Below are positions 26,175 to 43,972 of a stretch of DNA of 64,000 nt, piece by piece (position 1 is the first letter of the stretch; each line of letters starts with the position of its first letter). The position numbers were made by a program, and so were the translations under genes. Under the pieces are notes generated by a model. It had not been told where the DNA came from and did not search any database. It saw only the letters and a list, made by a program, of their open reading frames with translations. The stretch is taken from the NCBI GenBank assembly GCA_013115145.1, contig JAAPAO010000031.1, positions 58,788-122,787 of the forward strand, given 5' to 3'. The stretch is from Perkinsus chesapeaki ATCC PRA-425. Taxonomy: Eukaryota > Protista > Perkinsozoa.

Positions 26175-27645
26175 GTCTTGAACGCCTACAGTTATTGCTA
26201 TAACTGGGCCTGAATAGTCTATCAGTGATAAACTCTACAAGGTGGACGTTGCGACTTTCCAAGAGCCTTTAGGTCAGTGACGCCTTGACATCGCCGTATT
26301 CAGGGATGGAAGAGGGAGGGTTAAAATTTTGCAAGAGCTACCTGTCACTATTTGGTGACCTTATGGTCGAACCAGGCTCAGCTCGACAACGAGCCCCTAT
26401 GGAGGGTGCTTCAATGTAGTGCAAATCCAATATCTTTGTTTCGTGCATTGTGTCTGAAGTTATTTGGGGTGTGCGTGCGGTACTTCCTTAATCTCAGGAG
26501 ATTTCACAGCCGCTACATTCGCAAGCTCATTCCGCTTATCATGACACGCTCTTAGATGCCCCGCTGATAACGCGCATCTTGGATAAGACCATGCTTTTCC
26601 CAGTTCCCCTTGCGGGGCAAGGCTTGCCACCCGGTGGCAGTCGCTTGCGTTCGCGTACCCCTAAGACTGGAGGTATTCTCTTTGCCACATAAGTGGCAAG
26701 GTTGTGTGAGAACTTGTAGTTAAGCATTGGAGCATGTGATAGTTGAAGCATTGTAGAGCCGGAGCTTAGAATACTCGAATGTTTCAGTATAACGATAAAA
26801 CTGATTGGTCAAACGTACCCAACTTTGTTCTTAGCTAATGGGGTCAAGATGGACTTTTGGGATGCGCTGAGTGTGGCTCGCATGGGGAGAGTGAGGTGTA
26901 GTCAGAACGGCTGCTTGTTCCATCCTCTGGCTTCCTTCGATTTCTGATTGCGCTCTGCTATTACTGCTCTTATCCCATTGTAAATCTAATCGACTTTTTC
27001 GGTGCGAGCGCTACCGGTTACGCGAAAGTTGGCCCGACGAGGAGCAGAAAAGCTTGCCCGAGACGGAGCACATCCCATGTGTCGTAAAGAGCGTATAGTA
27101 TGCGGCTTATATCGCCCTTTTTGGCGGTTGTCAGCTATAAAAGCGTCGTAGACCACGACCTGTAATACTTATTGCTTAGGCTCGAGCATTCTTGTATAGC
27201 TTCTAAGTGTAAACTATTGTAACTAGCCCCTTGATGATAGCTCCAGATAGCTATGGAGGGGTGGCTTAAAGAAGTCCAGTTCGAGTTTGCATGCCCTCTG
27301 GAAATTTTCAGGTTGAAAAGTTCAAGTCATAGATATTTAGTTGCAGCACTTCGAACCAGAGTGAAAACTGCTAAAAAGACCCTGGTGCAGACTGCTGGTG
27401 CAAAAAGGAAGTCTTCACATGTGGGTGTACTCGCGTATACGGTGCATAGTCGTCGAACAAGAAACTAGCTATCGCTTCGAGCTATAAATCTTACCCCTGT
27501 ACGCTTGCACACTCAGCGAATTGACTCAAGAAATAGCCTTAGCCGTTTGAGTTTCGACCCTTGATAGCTTGAAACTGTCGGGTTGTTCCACCACCTGAAA
27601 CAACGCAACTGGGGAACTTAAGAGTATGGAACTTCAGCTGTTATC

Positions 27646-27840
27646 ATGTTATTTATGCGCATCATCAATCTTCTTGTGTCTACGACAATCGCTGTGTGGG
27701 CTAACGATGACTTCTGGAATTGTCGTAACCAGGATGCAGTCAAGCCTTATTGCGATAGGTGTGAAGAAGACCCCAGGAACAGGTGTATGTGCGATAGTAA
27801 AAGATTCCAGTGCAACTGTATTTGTCTAACCGATGAGTAG
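27646..27840 (+). CDS. Small secreted cysteine-rich peptide (8 Cys)
   Basis: Single-exon ORF: hydrophobic leader MRIINLLVSTTIAVWA (ATG 27655; upstream ATG 27646) followed by NDDFWNCRNQDAVKPYCDRCEEDPRNRCMCDSKRFQCNCICLTDE*. All eight Cys lie in the mature part. Confidence 0.7.
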   Translation: MLFMRIINLLVSTTIAVWANDDFWNCRNQDAVKPYCDRCEEDPRNRCMCDSKRFQCNCICLTDE

Positions 27841-28590
27841 GCCTGGACTTGTGGGCCTTGTCCGTGGCTATTCTTACCTCCTACTGGTACCAGACTCTCT
27901 ACATTTCAGAAGCTATCTCTGCAATCTCTATACCAGCTCTGCAATGCGATGTTATGACTCCCGCGGGGGTTATCACCCAGAGGGTTCTAGACCGCGCTGG
28001 GAATTCCCTCTAGGAAGTATCTTGAGGTTCACCTGACTTCTCTCTATCCTTTGCTGTGTCCTCGTCTTGGGCTTGCTGTCGAAAGAAGGTCCTCCTCTAC
28101 ATTTCAGAAGCGATTTTTTTGATATCTTATCTTCAGCAGTTATGTAGAAGTACGCCCTGAGAGGGTTGCCTCTCACTAAGAGGGTTCTACGCAAGAATAC
28201 CCTCCAAAATAGCATAACTTACATCAGTCCGTTTCATTAATCACGGTTGTGTTTCATCAGTTAATGTCTCCACTGGTACAGCCCGAAAAATGACAGCAGC
28301 ATTACGATATCAATGCTTTCTAGGCTCTGATGAACTAAGAATCATATCCTCGTGCATACCGCGTATTTGCTGTCCGTGCGTATCGAACTCACCATACCAA
28401 CAAAGGGTAGCAAAAGAAGTCATAGCTTTACACACCCAAGTGCACAACAATACCGCCTCTTTGAGAACTTTTGATAATGACGTAGTGTGCAAGGCTGGAA
28501 GACTTTGTTATATTACGTAGACAATTGTATACTTATACAGTTTTAGCATGTTCACTTTGGCACCTCGTCACAACTGCCTCGGGTATAATC

Positions 28591-29682
28591 TCACTCCACG
28601 GGCAGCTTCATATTAGGTGTCGTTACGCCGTAGTTTGTACAAATCCAACGAAGGCCAATACCAAACCAAAGCTGAAATTGAAGGCTCATTATAATCGCTA
28701 CGCAACAACCGTACACTGCCAAATATAGCTATCGAGCCTCGGGTGTAGAGACTCAACATGAGGTACGAGAAGCTTGTCAAGGCTGCAGCCGCGGCATAGA
28801 GACTTTGACGGTTGTGGAAGATTCTAATCGGGCGACCGGTAACGACATCCCTCACCGCACCTGAGAAGGTCATGGCGACCGTAGACACCAACTAGGTTAC
28901 CTCCAAAAGTAGCTGTCATTACACCGGCGATTACGCAGTGCGGAAAAGCTGCCACGCGAAGTCCGCCCAAAGCCCGGATGGCGTTCATGGTGCCGATCAC
29001 AGCGAAGGCCGCAACACCGACATGGTCCGTCCAATCGATCAAGGTTGAATAGTCCTTTCGAAGTTCTGCGGAGTCCAGACGTTTGTATCTATCTTTAGTG
29101 GCTCGTAATAGTATGACAGAGAGGGGTTACTGGGTGTAAGTGAGGCCTGCGGCTAATAGCGAGAGCCAGAGGTATTCATGCTCATCGAGCCAGAATGGCC
29201 TTTGATGGCCGAATATGACATCTCTTATGGTACCACCACCTGAATAGCCGACACCAACTGAGTTGGTTCAGCTTCTGTATGTTCATCAGAGTTGCCTATA
29301 GTGGGAAATCAAGTTGCTGATTGCGGAACAAGTTCCCAGATGAAATCATCAATGAATGTCGAGTTGCTCTCAGCGTGTCCGAAATATACCTCATGAGAGT
29401 CACCTATCGCGGTTATTGTTCCAACAGCGATACAACCGACTATGTCCATTCCGGCAACACCTGCCACCAGAGCTCCAGAGCTCGCAAACGAGACTGTGCC
29501 TGACGCAGGAGTGTGGCCTGCTTCCAAATGGCACGCTAACCTGTGTAATCGCAGAACCTCAGGATGCCACCAGAAGTGAAATTAGGGTATCGTGGCATAG
29601 TGTGAGGTGGTTGGAGAGGTTTGGGGGCAGACCGACTTGTACAGAACTCACGATGGAAGAGGCTCAACCGTATGCGATTCAT
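28591..29682 (-). CDS. UPF0126/TRIC-type (YadS/YicG-like) membrane protein with two UPF0126 repeats, multi-exon
   Basis: Spliced: ILRFCDYTGTVSFASSGALVAGVAGMDIVGCIAVGTITAIGGGTIRD...GHQRPFWL, then IDWTDHVGVAAFAVIGTMNA...GVMTATFGG..VRDVVTGRP...LYA, ending FGIGLRWICTNYGVTTPNMKLPVE* (TGA 28591-28593). Confidence 0.85.
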
Positions 29683-29864
29683 TCGAAAAGGAAGAATACA
29701 AAGTAAAAGTATAAAAATCACGAGATAATCTTGCGCTGTTTTTACGCATGTTAAAACGTCTAAGCTCGAAGTATGCGCATAATCGTTGATTTGAGGTTAG
29801 TGCCGGCATGCGGATCCTAGCCTAGCTTCCTTATTCAAAGCAAAGCAGTTTACCTTTTCTATTG

Positions 29865-34744
<4,880 letters not shown>

Positions 34745-36370
34745 TTGATTGAGTTTTGCCGCAGTCACAATCTTGTACACTGTTTCTGGGCTAACTGCTT
34801 ATTATTACGTTGAGCCCACCGCCGCCAAGGAGGCGATTCCTTGTTGTTTTTATGTTGGTATGATTTAACAACTGACTGCTGCCCTACTACTTAGTTTCTA
34901 TTGTAGGCGGTATTGTGTTAGTCATTATTAAATAGGCGTAGGTGTTTCGACGATTTTGGGGTGGCACGATCTGATGAAGACCTAGGCTTGAAAGTGAGAC
35001 CTGCCTTCTGCAGATTTCAGGACTTAGAAGTTCGTAGTGTCGGAAAGGTTTCACTGGAGAGGCGCCGCGCGAGAATCTGAGAGCAGCAGAGGGATCGCCG
35101 TAGTGTTATGTTCTTGTCGATATTTTCGGCACTTGAGAGAGTTATGTCATCTGGAGTACTATTCCAGTCCGAGTCAAGCTGCAGCTCGTCCGAGGAAGGT
35201 AAACAACCGTAGGTTCCACGTTGTAGGAACATGTTACCTCTAGGTCTGTTTTTCGGATTCCTTGTGATCCGAATTGGTATTTCGCCGAATGGTGGGAGAG
35301 CAGGATAATGTTACTTTTCGTCCGTACTAGTTCCGACTGTCATGTACTTTATCTAAATATGATGCGGTGTCAATAAAATCTTCGAACACGGGGCGATAGT
35401 AACCAGACCCGTTCCCGTGCATATTCCCGAAAGCGGAGGTCTCCGGCAAAACCTGGTGGGGAGCGACTGCCGTAGATCTCCATGGGAGCCTTCCGACGTG
35501 GGAGTCTTAGTCTTATTTTTATCTGAAATCGCTTTGCTAGTAACGCTAGAAAATTGCTGCTCCCCTCAGAATCGGACTCCGGCACAGATGTCTCTTGGAG
35601 CACTGTAGACGATGCCACTGTGCGTCAGCTCCGCAGCTTTCTGGATTCCAACTACTCCAAGTAGGCGGTTGATAGAGCGATGAAGGTTCCGCGCGCAGAT
35701 ATGAGGGTTACAAGGCAATAGTGTCGACTACTAGTGATCACAGCTGCAGTAAAGAAACGAAGATCGGGCAGCGGCAAGACTCCGACTTTGTTGCCCTCTA
35801 CTGTGTTTGTAAGGCGGTGATTCACTTCACTAGGCGTGATGAAATCTGGACGTGCAACGCTTAATAATGAGTGATAAATCGAAGAAATATGAATTACTCT
35901 ATTGTATTGCTGTCACCGTCCAATTTCGGTGGCCGAAGCCGCCGCTCTACGGCAGGAGACAAACTGAATTTTGGTAATTTGCGCACACTGAATTCGTACC
36001 CCTGTGTTTGTGTTTTTGCCCTCTTCGCCTACTGCAGAAGCGAGTACTATCAACCGTAAGTGCACTGTTCCTCAGTATGTGTACAGTGAAGATGAGCATC
36101 ATTGCATAGCGGCACCGATTCTCAAAAACTGCGAATGCTAATTTTGCGTGTTATCCATCCCTACTCGGGAGTATACCTATTTCCTTATAACGCCATGTAC
36201 GAAAGAACCGGGGAAGGCCGTACTGAGAATTATGTGTCGGGGCCAATAGGGACTTTGAGATGGTCTCATTGAAAATAATCGGCTCACTAATTCGGTGTTA
36301 GGCTCAAAACAGGCACATTACTCATATCGATTCGAGAGAACTGGTGTCCCAGACGATTTGACGTCGACCG

Positions 36371-37247
36371 GTGTGCTTGTATCATCGAAAATGCCGCGAC
36401 TCTGGTCGGCGTGCTTGTCACTGTACTGGAGGAGTCGGGGTACCTTTGGCAGGCGCGTGCCGACTTGCTGAGTATGACAGAGCCTTGGAGGCCGCCTGTG
36501 TGGCTATCGAGCTCGACGCTGATAATGCCAAGGCGTATGCGCTCAGGATTTATATTAGAGTCGCATACTTGAAACAGTAAGATGGTGGTGGGAGCACAGT
36601 TGGATCTTACTGCCCGCGGGCTGGCTGCTGTCGTGTGGATACCAATATTATCCCAAATTGAGTGGTCGATCGAGTACCTTTCGACCTAGTTTTTACAAGA
36701 AGGAAATGCGAAGTGATGTTATTGCTCTGCTGCCTTGAGGAGATTGCAATACGGAGATAGTCTGGTTTATAATGTTCTAAAGCCAGGGCATGTTAGTATT
36801 GCCTTTAACTCTTAAACCTTGCGGGGATAGTCTCATTTATATTGGCTTTAGGAGCAATAATTGTTTAATTGTTAATATTGTTGCTGAGGAGTCGACAGGC
36901 AAACCGTTGTTTTCGTATGGGGAATGCTTGCTCTACCTCTATTAGGCCATACCTGTCGGAGCTCAGATCAGATATGGAGGCTCTCGACAAGTTGAGGAAT
37001 AGAGACCGCGGATCCTTCGCTATCACACGGACGATTGTTCTAGATCCTGATTGGCACAAATTTATGAAGGTGAGCTTCTTGGCTACGTCTGTTGGTGAAT
37101 ACTAAGCACATGCAGTAAGACAACTTATATTGCAAGCGTTGCAGTACGCACTCTGTAGCAACACACTCCAAACCCAACTGATTCAATACCTGAGATGTTT
37201 TCGCTTTGGTGGGGCACTAGGCTCTACTGTGCGATTGGCACACCTGA
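36371..37247 (+). CDS. TPR-containing protein (partial model; 5' exons not resolved)
   Basis: Exon ~36455-36550 reads ACRLAEYDRALEAACVAIELDADNAKAY, a TPR consensus. A later exon PYLSELRSDMEALDKLR...HKFMK splices to ALLCDWHT* (TGA 37245-37247). Confidence 0.45.
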
Positions 37248-37300
37248 AGGGAGAGTGGCCATGATAGGCTCTGAATAAAGGCTTCCCCAAGAGCTACAGG

Positions 37301-40300
37301 ATGCTACCTGATGACCAACCAGCGCGCTTCCTGGCCCAACACAGCGGAAGGCTGCCAGGTGGGGATCACACAAGACAGAGTGCAGTGGGAAGTCTTCAGG
37401 ACCGTGGCAGCCGGCAGCCAAGCGGAGTGCGTATCGAGTTAGCGTAGAGCGGAAGTGTCGCATATTGTCGATGACGGGAAGGCGAGCTGCGATGCATCAG
37501 CTCACCGGCCTTTTCTGGCGAAACGAGAAAATCATCCGGGGAACTGGCGAAGTAGACATGGCTGCCCCGAATCTAGAATCGACGGCGAATCCTCAGGCGT
37601 GGGTTGGCGAGTGCCCATACGATATCAGAATGTCGCCGTCTGGGCACAGACTCTTCGTCACGGGAAGAGACGCTTGCGTCCACATGTGAGAGGAAGAGCT
37701 GGAAAAATTGATTGATATTTGTAAGGTTCGATTCGACTCAACTCGAGGGGCAGGGTAGGAAGTTGAACTTACCGGAAAAGAGAGTGTTCCATCAAAGTCA
37801 TGTGCGCTGGACGATAACCGACATAGATGTAATTAACGGGCGCAGTGACAAGTGGGTATGCTGCCACTCAGCACCATCCCTCCCGGGCGGCACTGATCAC
37901 CTCGTCCATCAGTCCAGTGTTGAACTTCACCGCTGACTATGAGAGAGACGGCATGCGCAGCAAATCATTGATTCTGGATGATACAAGGTGGACGCCTCAG
38001 TCTTACCTCTCCTGCATTATATAGCTTTCAGAATTGGGGTGTGGGCCACCAGATTCACCGGCGACTGGCAAGTTGCTGCTGGCTCGATGGTAGGGGCATT
38101 CTCGAGGAGTCTTCGATAGCTAGGTCCCGCAGTATGCTAAGGGAGTCGTAGAGGAACATCAACTTTCCCACTACGAATGCGTTCGATGTTATTTTTTTTG
38201 GCCTGAGATGTTATTCTCTTGGCTAAGCATATTCTCGTATTAGAAAAACTTTTTGGCTCTCACAGAACGCGCTTCCTCACGATGAGATTGTGCGTCGATG
38301 AGATTTTTTGAATTTTGTTGGTGGATGCTGGAAAGAAAGCCGGTACTAGAGCTCCTTGAGCGAGAACTGACCGCGCCGCTCTCCAATGCTCAGTGCTACA
38401 GAGCCGCCTTGCCCCGAGTCACCGATGTGAAAGAGCGTAGTGGCAACCTATCTCAGCCCATCTCAGGTTGGAGGCATCCACCTATTTGACATCCTCCGCG
38501 AGATGACTTTCTGCACAGCTCACAGCCATAACAGTTTAGATGTTAACGCACTGTGCACTCCTCATGTGGAGTAGGACCTTCCATGATGGCAAGGCGGGCG
38601 TCGGAGAATATGCCCCTTAGTTGCGGCCAGCGAGCAGTGTTGTTCTCGGGTGGGGATGATGGTACGATATGCCTGTGGGACACGAGGGGTATGCGGAGAC
38701 CATCTGGGGTAGGTAGGCCTTGGTGATCGTCATTCGCCAGGAAAACGGCTGAAAGATTCCTTGAGCTTCGGTACGATGACGCAGTCGTTGATATTATGTG
38801 AAAGACTGAAGCGAGTATATGAATCGTATTGCTCGTTCAAGAATGTTTCCCAATTGCGATGGAAGAGAGCTATTGCGTACTATCTTAGACTTCTCATTAT
38901 CCCTGCTGCTGCTATCCATACCTCTACCTTTGTGTGTGTTGGTAAAGATGTACTACATTAGATATTCCCGGAAGGGATGCCATTAGTGTTCCAATCTGGG
39001 AACATATTTTCTATTGTAGCTCCGCATTAGAGCCCTCCAGAGAACATCTCTTTGTGAGGCTAGGCGATCCCCTGAGGGTGAAGAATTGCGTATCTTGAGT
39101 TGACGCTTGTGCTGTATATTAACCAAGAAACATGCAGCGTCGCATTAGTATGCTTCTATTAAAGGGTTTCTGTTATAGCACATCCTATATGGTACTCCTC
39201 CGGTACATTGTTCAATCAGGTATTAGTTGGTCATACTGATGGTATCTGCAGTCTCCACATGTCCGACGCTCACTCGTATCTTTTGTGCTCCAATGCCAAG
39301 GATCAGAAGGTCAAGCTCTGGGATTTGAGAACAGGTATCTGGGGAACCAGCGCCAGCTCTCGAGATCCCATACTGTTCGAGGAAGCATCAGGTGTTGGGC
39401 CCAGAAGGGATGCGTTTGATGTCTCCTCTCGGTGGCATCCAGTTAGCAGTAGTGCACTGCCTGGCCGGCTGGCTGGCCCAGCCCTGGGACTAGTCCGCCG
39501 ACTACTGCCCTGGCCGAAAAAATATTTCTTTTCGGTTTAGGAACGTATTTTGTAGAAATATTTGAAATAATAATACAAGGTATAATAGAAGAATTATATT
39601 TTTGTTATATCTCCTTCGTATTGGGAAAACTTTTTGATCCTGAAGAAACATTTCTCGGAGGGTAGATGGCTCTCTGATACCATCCGCACGCAGTTCTTCC
39701 CAAAGGGACAACAACGACTCCATGAGTGTCGTGGAGTGCCTCTGAGATAGTATCATTACAGATGTCCAACATAACTCCTTTTCCTGTGCTCGCTCGTCGA
39801 GGTTCTTACTTCAGCTCCGGTCAGCTCCGTTGACTACCACGTTCGATACCAAGCAGCACCGCGAACTCCAGCATGGGACTATAGAAGTCGACCCTACCCT
39901 GGCGACCCCCTTCTTGAAAACTATACTCACCCGCATGATAGGCAGGCATCATCACCAGACATCGTCTCGCCTGACAGTTCATCAGATCCCTGTTCACGTT
40001 CGTCGGTCACAAAGTCCACCGTACCCTCATCCGCGCGCGCTTGTCTCCGTTACGCACAACAGGGGGCCGGTAGGAATATATTTTCGCGGCGCGTGACGAT
40101 CAATTCGCAGGTACATCCTTTCTGGCAGCGCCGACGGAGTGATGCAGCTCTGGGATATCTACAATCCTTCGCCCTTCGGAAAAACGTCCGCAATAACTGG
40201 CGTCACGTTACGCAGCGCTTCCTGGCAGGTTCCGCGCTACCGGGCAGCCATTACGAGGCCTGGACTCGGAGGACGATGACAGCGATGATGCCCAGGACTG

Positions 40301-40702
40301 GTACGATAGATCTCATACGACGCGTGCAGGTAAGAGATATGGAAGTCCCACTGACCGCGGTATAAGACTCAATCACAGCGTCATCAAGACTGCGGGGGTA
40401 CATTCAACATGCCTGCTCTCCGAATGTGTTCTATTCGAACTGCCCCAGTCCAACAGAGCTTCGATGCCAAGCTATTACCTTTGTATATAACCTTACGGTT
40501 CTAGCCACCCGCGGTACAAGCGTGAAGTTAAGAATCCAGACCTAGCGGTTTCTTTTCTATCGCGTACTAGCGGCTCCAGGATAGTCCAATAGTTTTGTGA
40601 GTAACGTCGTTTGAATCCTTTTCAGTTACCTGGCATCCAACCATTCCTGCGGCGATGTACGCCTCCTGGGACCTTCACGTCCGTATGCTCACAGCAGCAT
40701 GA
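37301..40702 (+). CDS. DCAF11: DCAF11/WDR23/LEC14B-like WD40 protein (CUL4-DDB1 substrate receptor), multi-exon
   Basis: RWTITDIDV (~37805), FSGGDDGTICLWDTR (~38640), LVGHTDGICSL...SNAKDQKVKLWDLR (~39225-39330), AWDYRSRPYP...HPHDRSLFTFVGHKVHRTLIRARLSP..TGGRYILSGSADG (~39870-40140), TWHPTIPAAMYASWD (~40628-40675). Stop TGA 40700-40702. Confidence 0.88.
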
Positions 40703-40867
40703 GCGTCTAACGCTTGATAGTAAATTGTCAATTTCTGACTAGATTTAATAAGTTGACTTTTTCATATTCTTGAATATCGTATTTTTCGTTTGTCAATCCA
40801 GCTACTGTGAAGTGAACGAAGCGTTGACATAGCCAATTCCACGCCACTTAACATTCCATTAATTGCA

Positions 40868-43650
40868 ATGACGATTGGTCAGACTGAGCCTACGGATGCT
40901 GTTCCAGCCAACGAGTGATGCACGCGCGTTGGCTTACTTGATGAACCGACCGGATGTTCAGTCGTTCGGAAAACAGCGGGTGGTTCATCGCGCTCAAAGC
41001 TCTGCACGCACGCGTGCTGGACAGCCTACAGAGTAAAGAAGAAGCTCGCCGTCCGAGGCTCCCATCCGTGGTAGCACATAGACAGGCGCGCGCACACGGT
41101 TGGGTGTCAGCCTGAGGAGCCGGAAGATTCAGAGGAGCTAGCTTACCGCAAGTACGGACCGGGGGAGGAGGTCCCGGAAGAAGAAAAGAGATATCAGCTG
41201 CGCCGAAGGCGGGCGAAAAAGGCTGGTCACTTCCGCATTAACAAACAAATATTACAAGTCTAGCTTAAAAACACTGTAGGTGAGGGAATTGCCGTGCTCA
41301 GGCCGAGACTCTTGAGGAGGTCCTAGATGTGGTGTCTGAGGGCCTCAATTGGTTTAATATTGTCAACATCGGTACAGCACTTTACAAACTGGCGGTAGGG
41401 CATCATCCACCTCCGTAAAGGAGGCGATACCATGTCAGTCGCTCGCCTTGATGGACCCGAACCAGGCTTTGAAGAACAAGGCGTTTTTACGGAAGGATCA
41501 TCGCTATATTGGCCTCCTCGATGAAGTCCACTAATCTGAACCAACGCTGGATGCTGAGTGTCTTCGCAGATCGCCAACGTGATGTCTTATGTGGACGAGC
41601 CAGTTCCAATAGAAGCGGCCAATGGCAGCGGCAAGCTCATTAGAGACGTCAAGTAGCGCCGATGGCACTTCTATCGTAACAGCTGCACCGCGCAGATCGG
41701 CATGTTTCTCACCAAAGGAGCTCGCTAACATCATCTGGGCTGTCACACACATTGGTCTGCCTCATAAGCGACTCTACCAGATGGTCGCACGTCACATGAT
41801 TTGGGTGATTCTGTCACCATGGGGTGTTATTAAACTAGTAGTGTCCTCTCAGTACATCGATCACTTCGATTCGGTGAACCTCTCGCTCGCTCTGTGGGGA
41901 TTCGCCAAGATGGATGTGTGCTGTCCAGAGCTCTTCGAGGCTGCAGCGCCACCTATAATCAATATGGTGCCTAGCGCCAGAAACTTCGGAGAGGAGTCTT
42001 GTCCCTTGGCAGATAGATACCTTCGAGCCTCATAGACTTTGCAATACGGCATGGGCATTCTCGAAGACACTAAACGCACAGGATAATGAAGAGCTGTTCC
42101 GCATCATAGCCTCCGTGGGTTTCGGGTAGCCAGACCGTGGAGAATGGGCCATCTCAGGCAAGCATGAAAAAACTGGACAAGTTCAACTTGTCCAACGAAT
42201 CCATGTTGCTTTACTCCTACGCACTGGCGAACTACAACAAGCCTACAGAGCTCTTCGGCATGGTATCTGTAGTGCCTGTACGAGGAAGAGGAGATTTGAT
42301 GAAGTAGATACTGAAGCAGCAAGTGAGGTCGATAAAACGCGGCGAGGTGACGGATCCAAGATCGTTCGCGAACATGGCCTGGGGCGCGGCAGAGCTTGGC
42401 GTCGGCAGCGACCATCCGGAGCTGTAGTCGCATAACGCTTGCTCATCTGTTTGCGGAGGCACGGATCAGGTATTCCTCGATCGCGGATTTCTTGGCCAGA
42501 CACCCAAAAACCCTTCAAGAGTAACGTGGACGAGACAGTGTGAGCAATGTCCACAGTGGCTGTTCAGATTCGGAGTCACTCAGTTGGCAACTCTCTGTTT
42601 GGCATTTATGATGGTGGAATCACCAGCGCCACAGGTGAAGGGTAGATCGAATCTGCTAATTACGGAGGAAGTCAGGTCCCTGTGATGTTTGAGGAGGTAC
42701 GGGAAGTCTGCGCCACAAAGCAGATGGACAGTAAGTGACTGTCTGAGGTCCCCAGAAGAAGTGCATATGTTGTTCACTTTTGGTCCAGAAAATATCTTCC
42801 AGCTGGACTTTTTCACCCTCCCATTAGGGACTCTGTTTGAGGAATGGACTCCTGCGAGGCTAGATAGCTCCTGGAGTGGCGCCGCCACCGGGTGACTTTG
42901 CAGGTGTTCCTCGCAGGCACGATGCGAACTGATCTGATGAATCTCCAAGCTGCCTTCAACTACTATAAGATAGAATCTGGATGCGTCAGGGAAGCCCTCG
43001 AAGTTCTTGCTGAGATGGATTCTCAACAGCAGCTCGAGCAGCAGCATCTCGTTACTGAGCAACAACCAGCCGGGGGAGCTCTGGCGCGAAACCAATTGAT
43101 TCTAGGAAGGTCTTCGAAACCTGACCCCCGATTGATGGACTCTCTTTCCATTTCAGATTCTCCAGCGTATCGGAAGCCATCCGCGAGCTTGTATTCCCCG
43201 TCTTGGCCGGTCTGCTCGTTTTGTATGTCACACGCAGATTCAAGCTCTGGCTGTGGGGCCAGGTTTAGTATCACTTCGATTGCTGTATTGATATCTTTCA
43301 CTCCTTACTGTCGTGTTGCCCTCCTGCCAGTGCTACACGCCGTTCATGCCGCTGCGGTATTGCCACCGAACTTCCTTTGCTTACCTCTCCTCGTAACAGA
43401 GGTTTTCATGCGCTCATCTTCAAATCATGCCCAAACCAAGGCGGCAGTTGGTGCCGACGACCCGATAGGTCCGAACCAATCTGTAGGAATTGAAGCAGGC
43501 ATTAATTTCGAGCTGCCTGCGCTCAGACAGTCGAGAACGGCGATGAGGCTAGTTTCTTCGTTGCTTTACCTCTGGACTTGGCGATCAAGAGCGCTCTTCC
43601 TGCGGTGGTGAGAATTGAAGCTGTGAGTCTCCAGGCTGGACTGCGGCGCG
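40868..43650 (+). CDS. Helical-repeat RNA-binding protein of the HPR/OPR/RAP type; both ends approximate
   Basis: AETLEEVLDVV..LNWFNIVNIGTALYKLA (~41330-41400); repeats FSPKELANIIWAV..., FDSVNLSLALWGFAK..., FEPHRLCNTAWAFSK..., FNLSNESMLLYSYA..., DPRSFANMAWGAA (41706-42420). The first two spliced repeats measure 37 aa each. Confidence 0.75.
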
Positions 43651-43972
43651 CTTTGTTAGGCGTACAACAGCGGTTGTGATGGGGAGAAAAAGAAAAAGTT
43701 CGTGAAGCAGGTAGGCGCAATGGCCAGCGCAATATACTGGGAGATGATCAGATCGTCACCGACAGCTCGGCGCCAATCACCGATTTCACTCTCCCCTGCG
43801 GATACGAGCCTTGTGCCGCACCTCCCAACTACGGCAACTTCAAGCAGTTTGAGAGGCATCTAATTTTTAATGATGGCTCCGGAGATGGTGTAGGCAGTAC
43901 TTAAAGTTGAAGGCTGAGCCCATATAGGCTGTAACTAGTCCAGAGGAGGCGTCCTTCGTCGGCGTTACAAAG

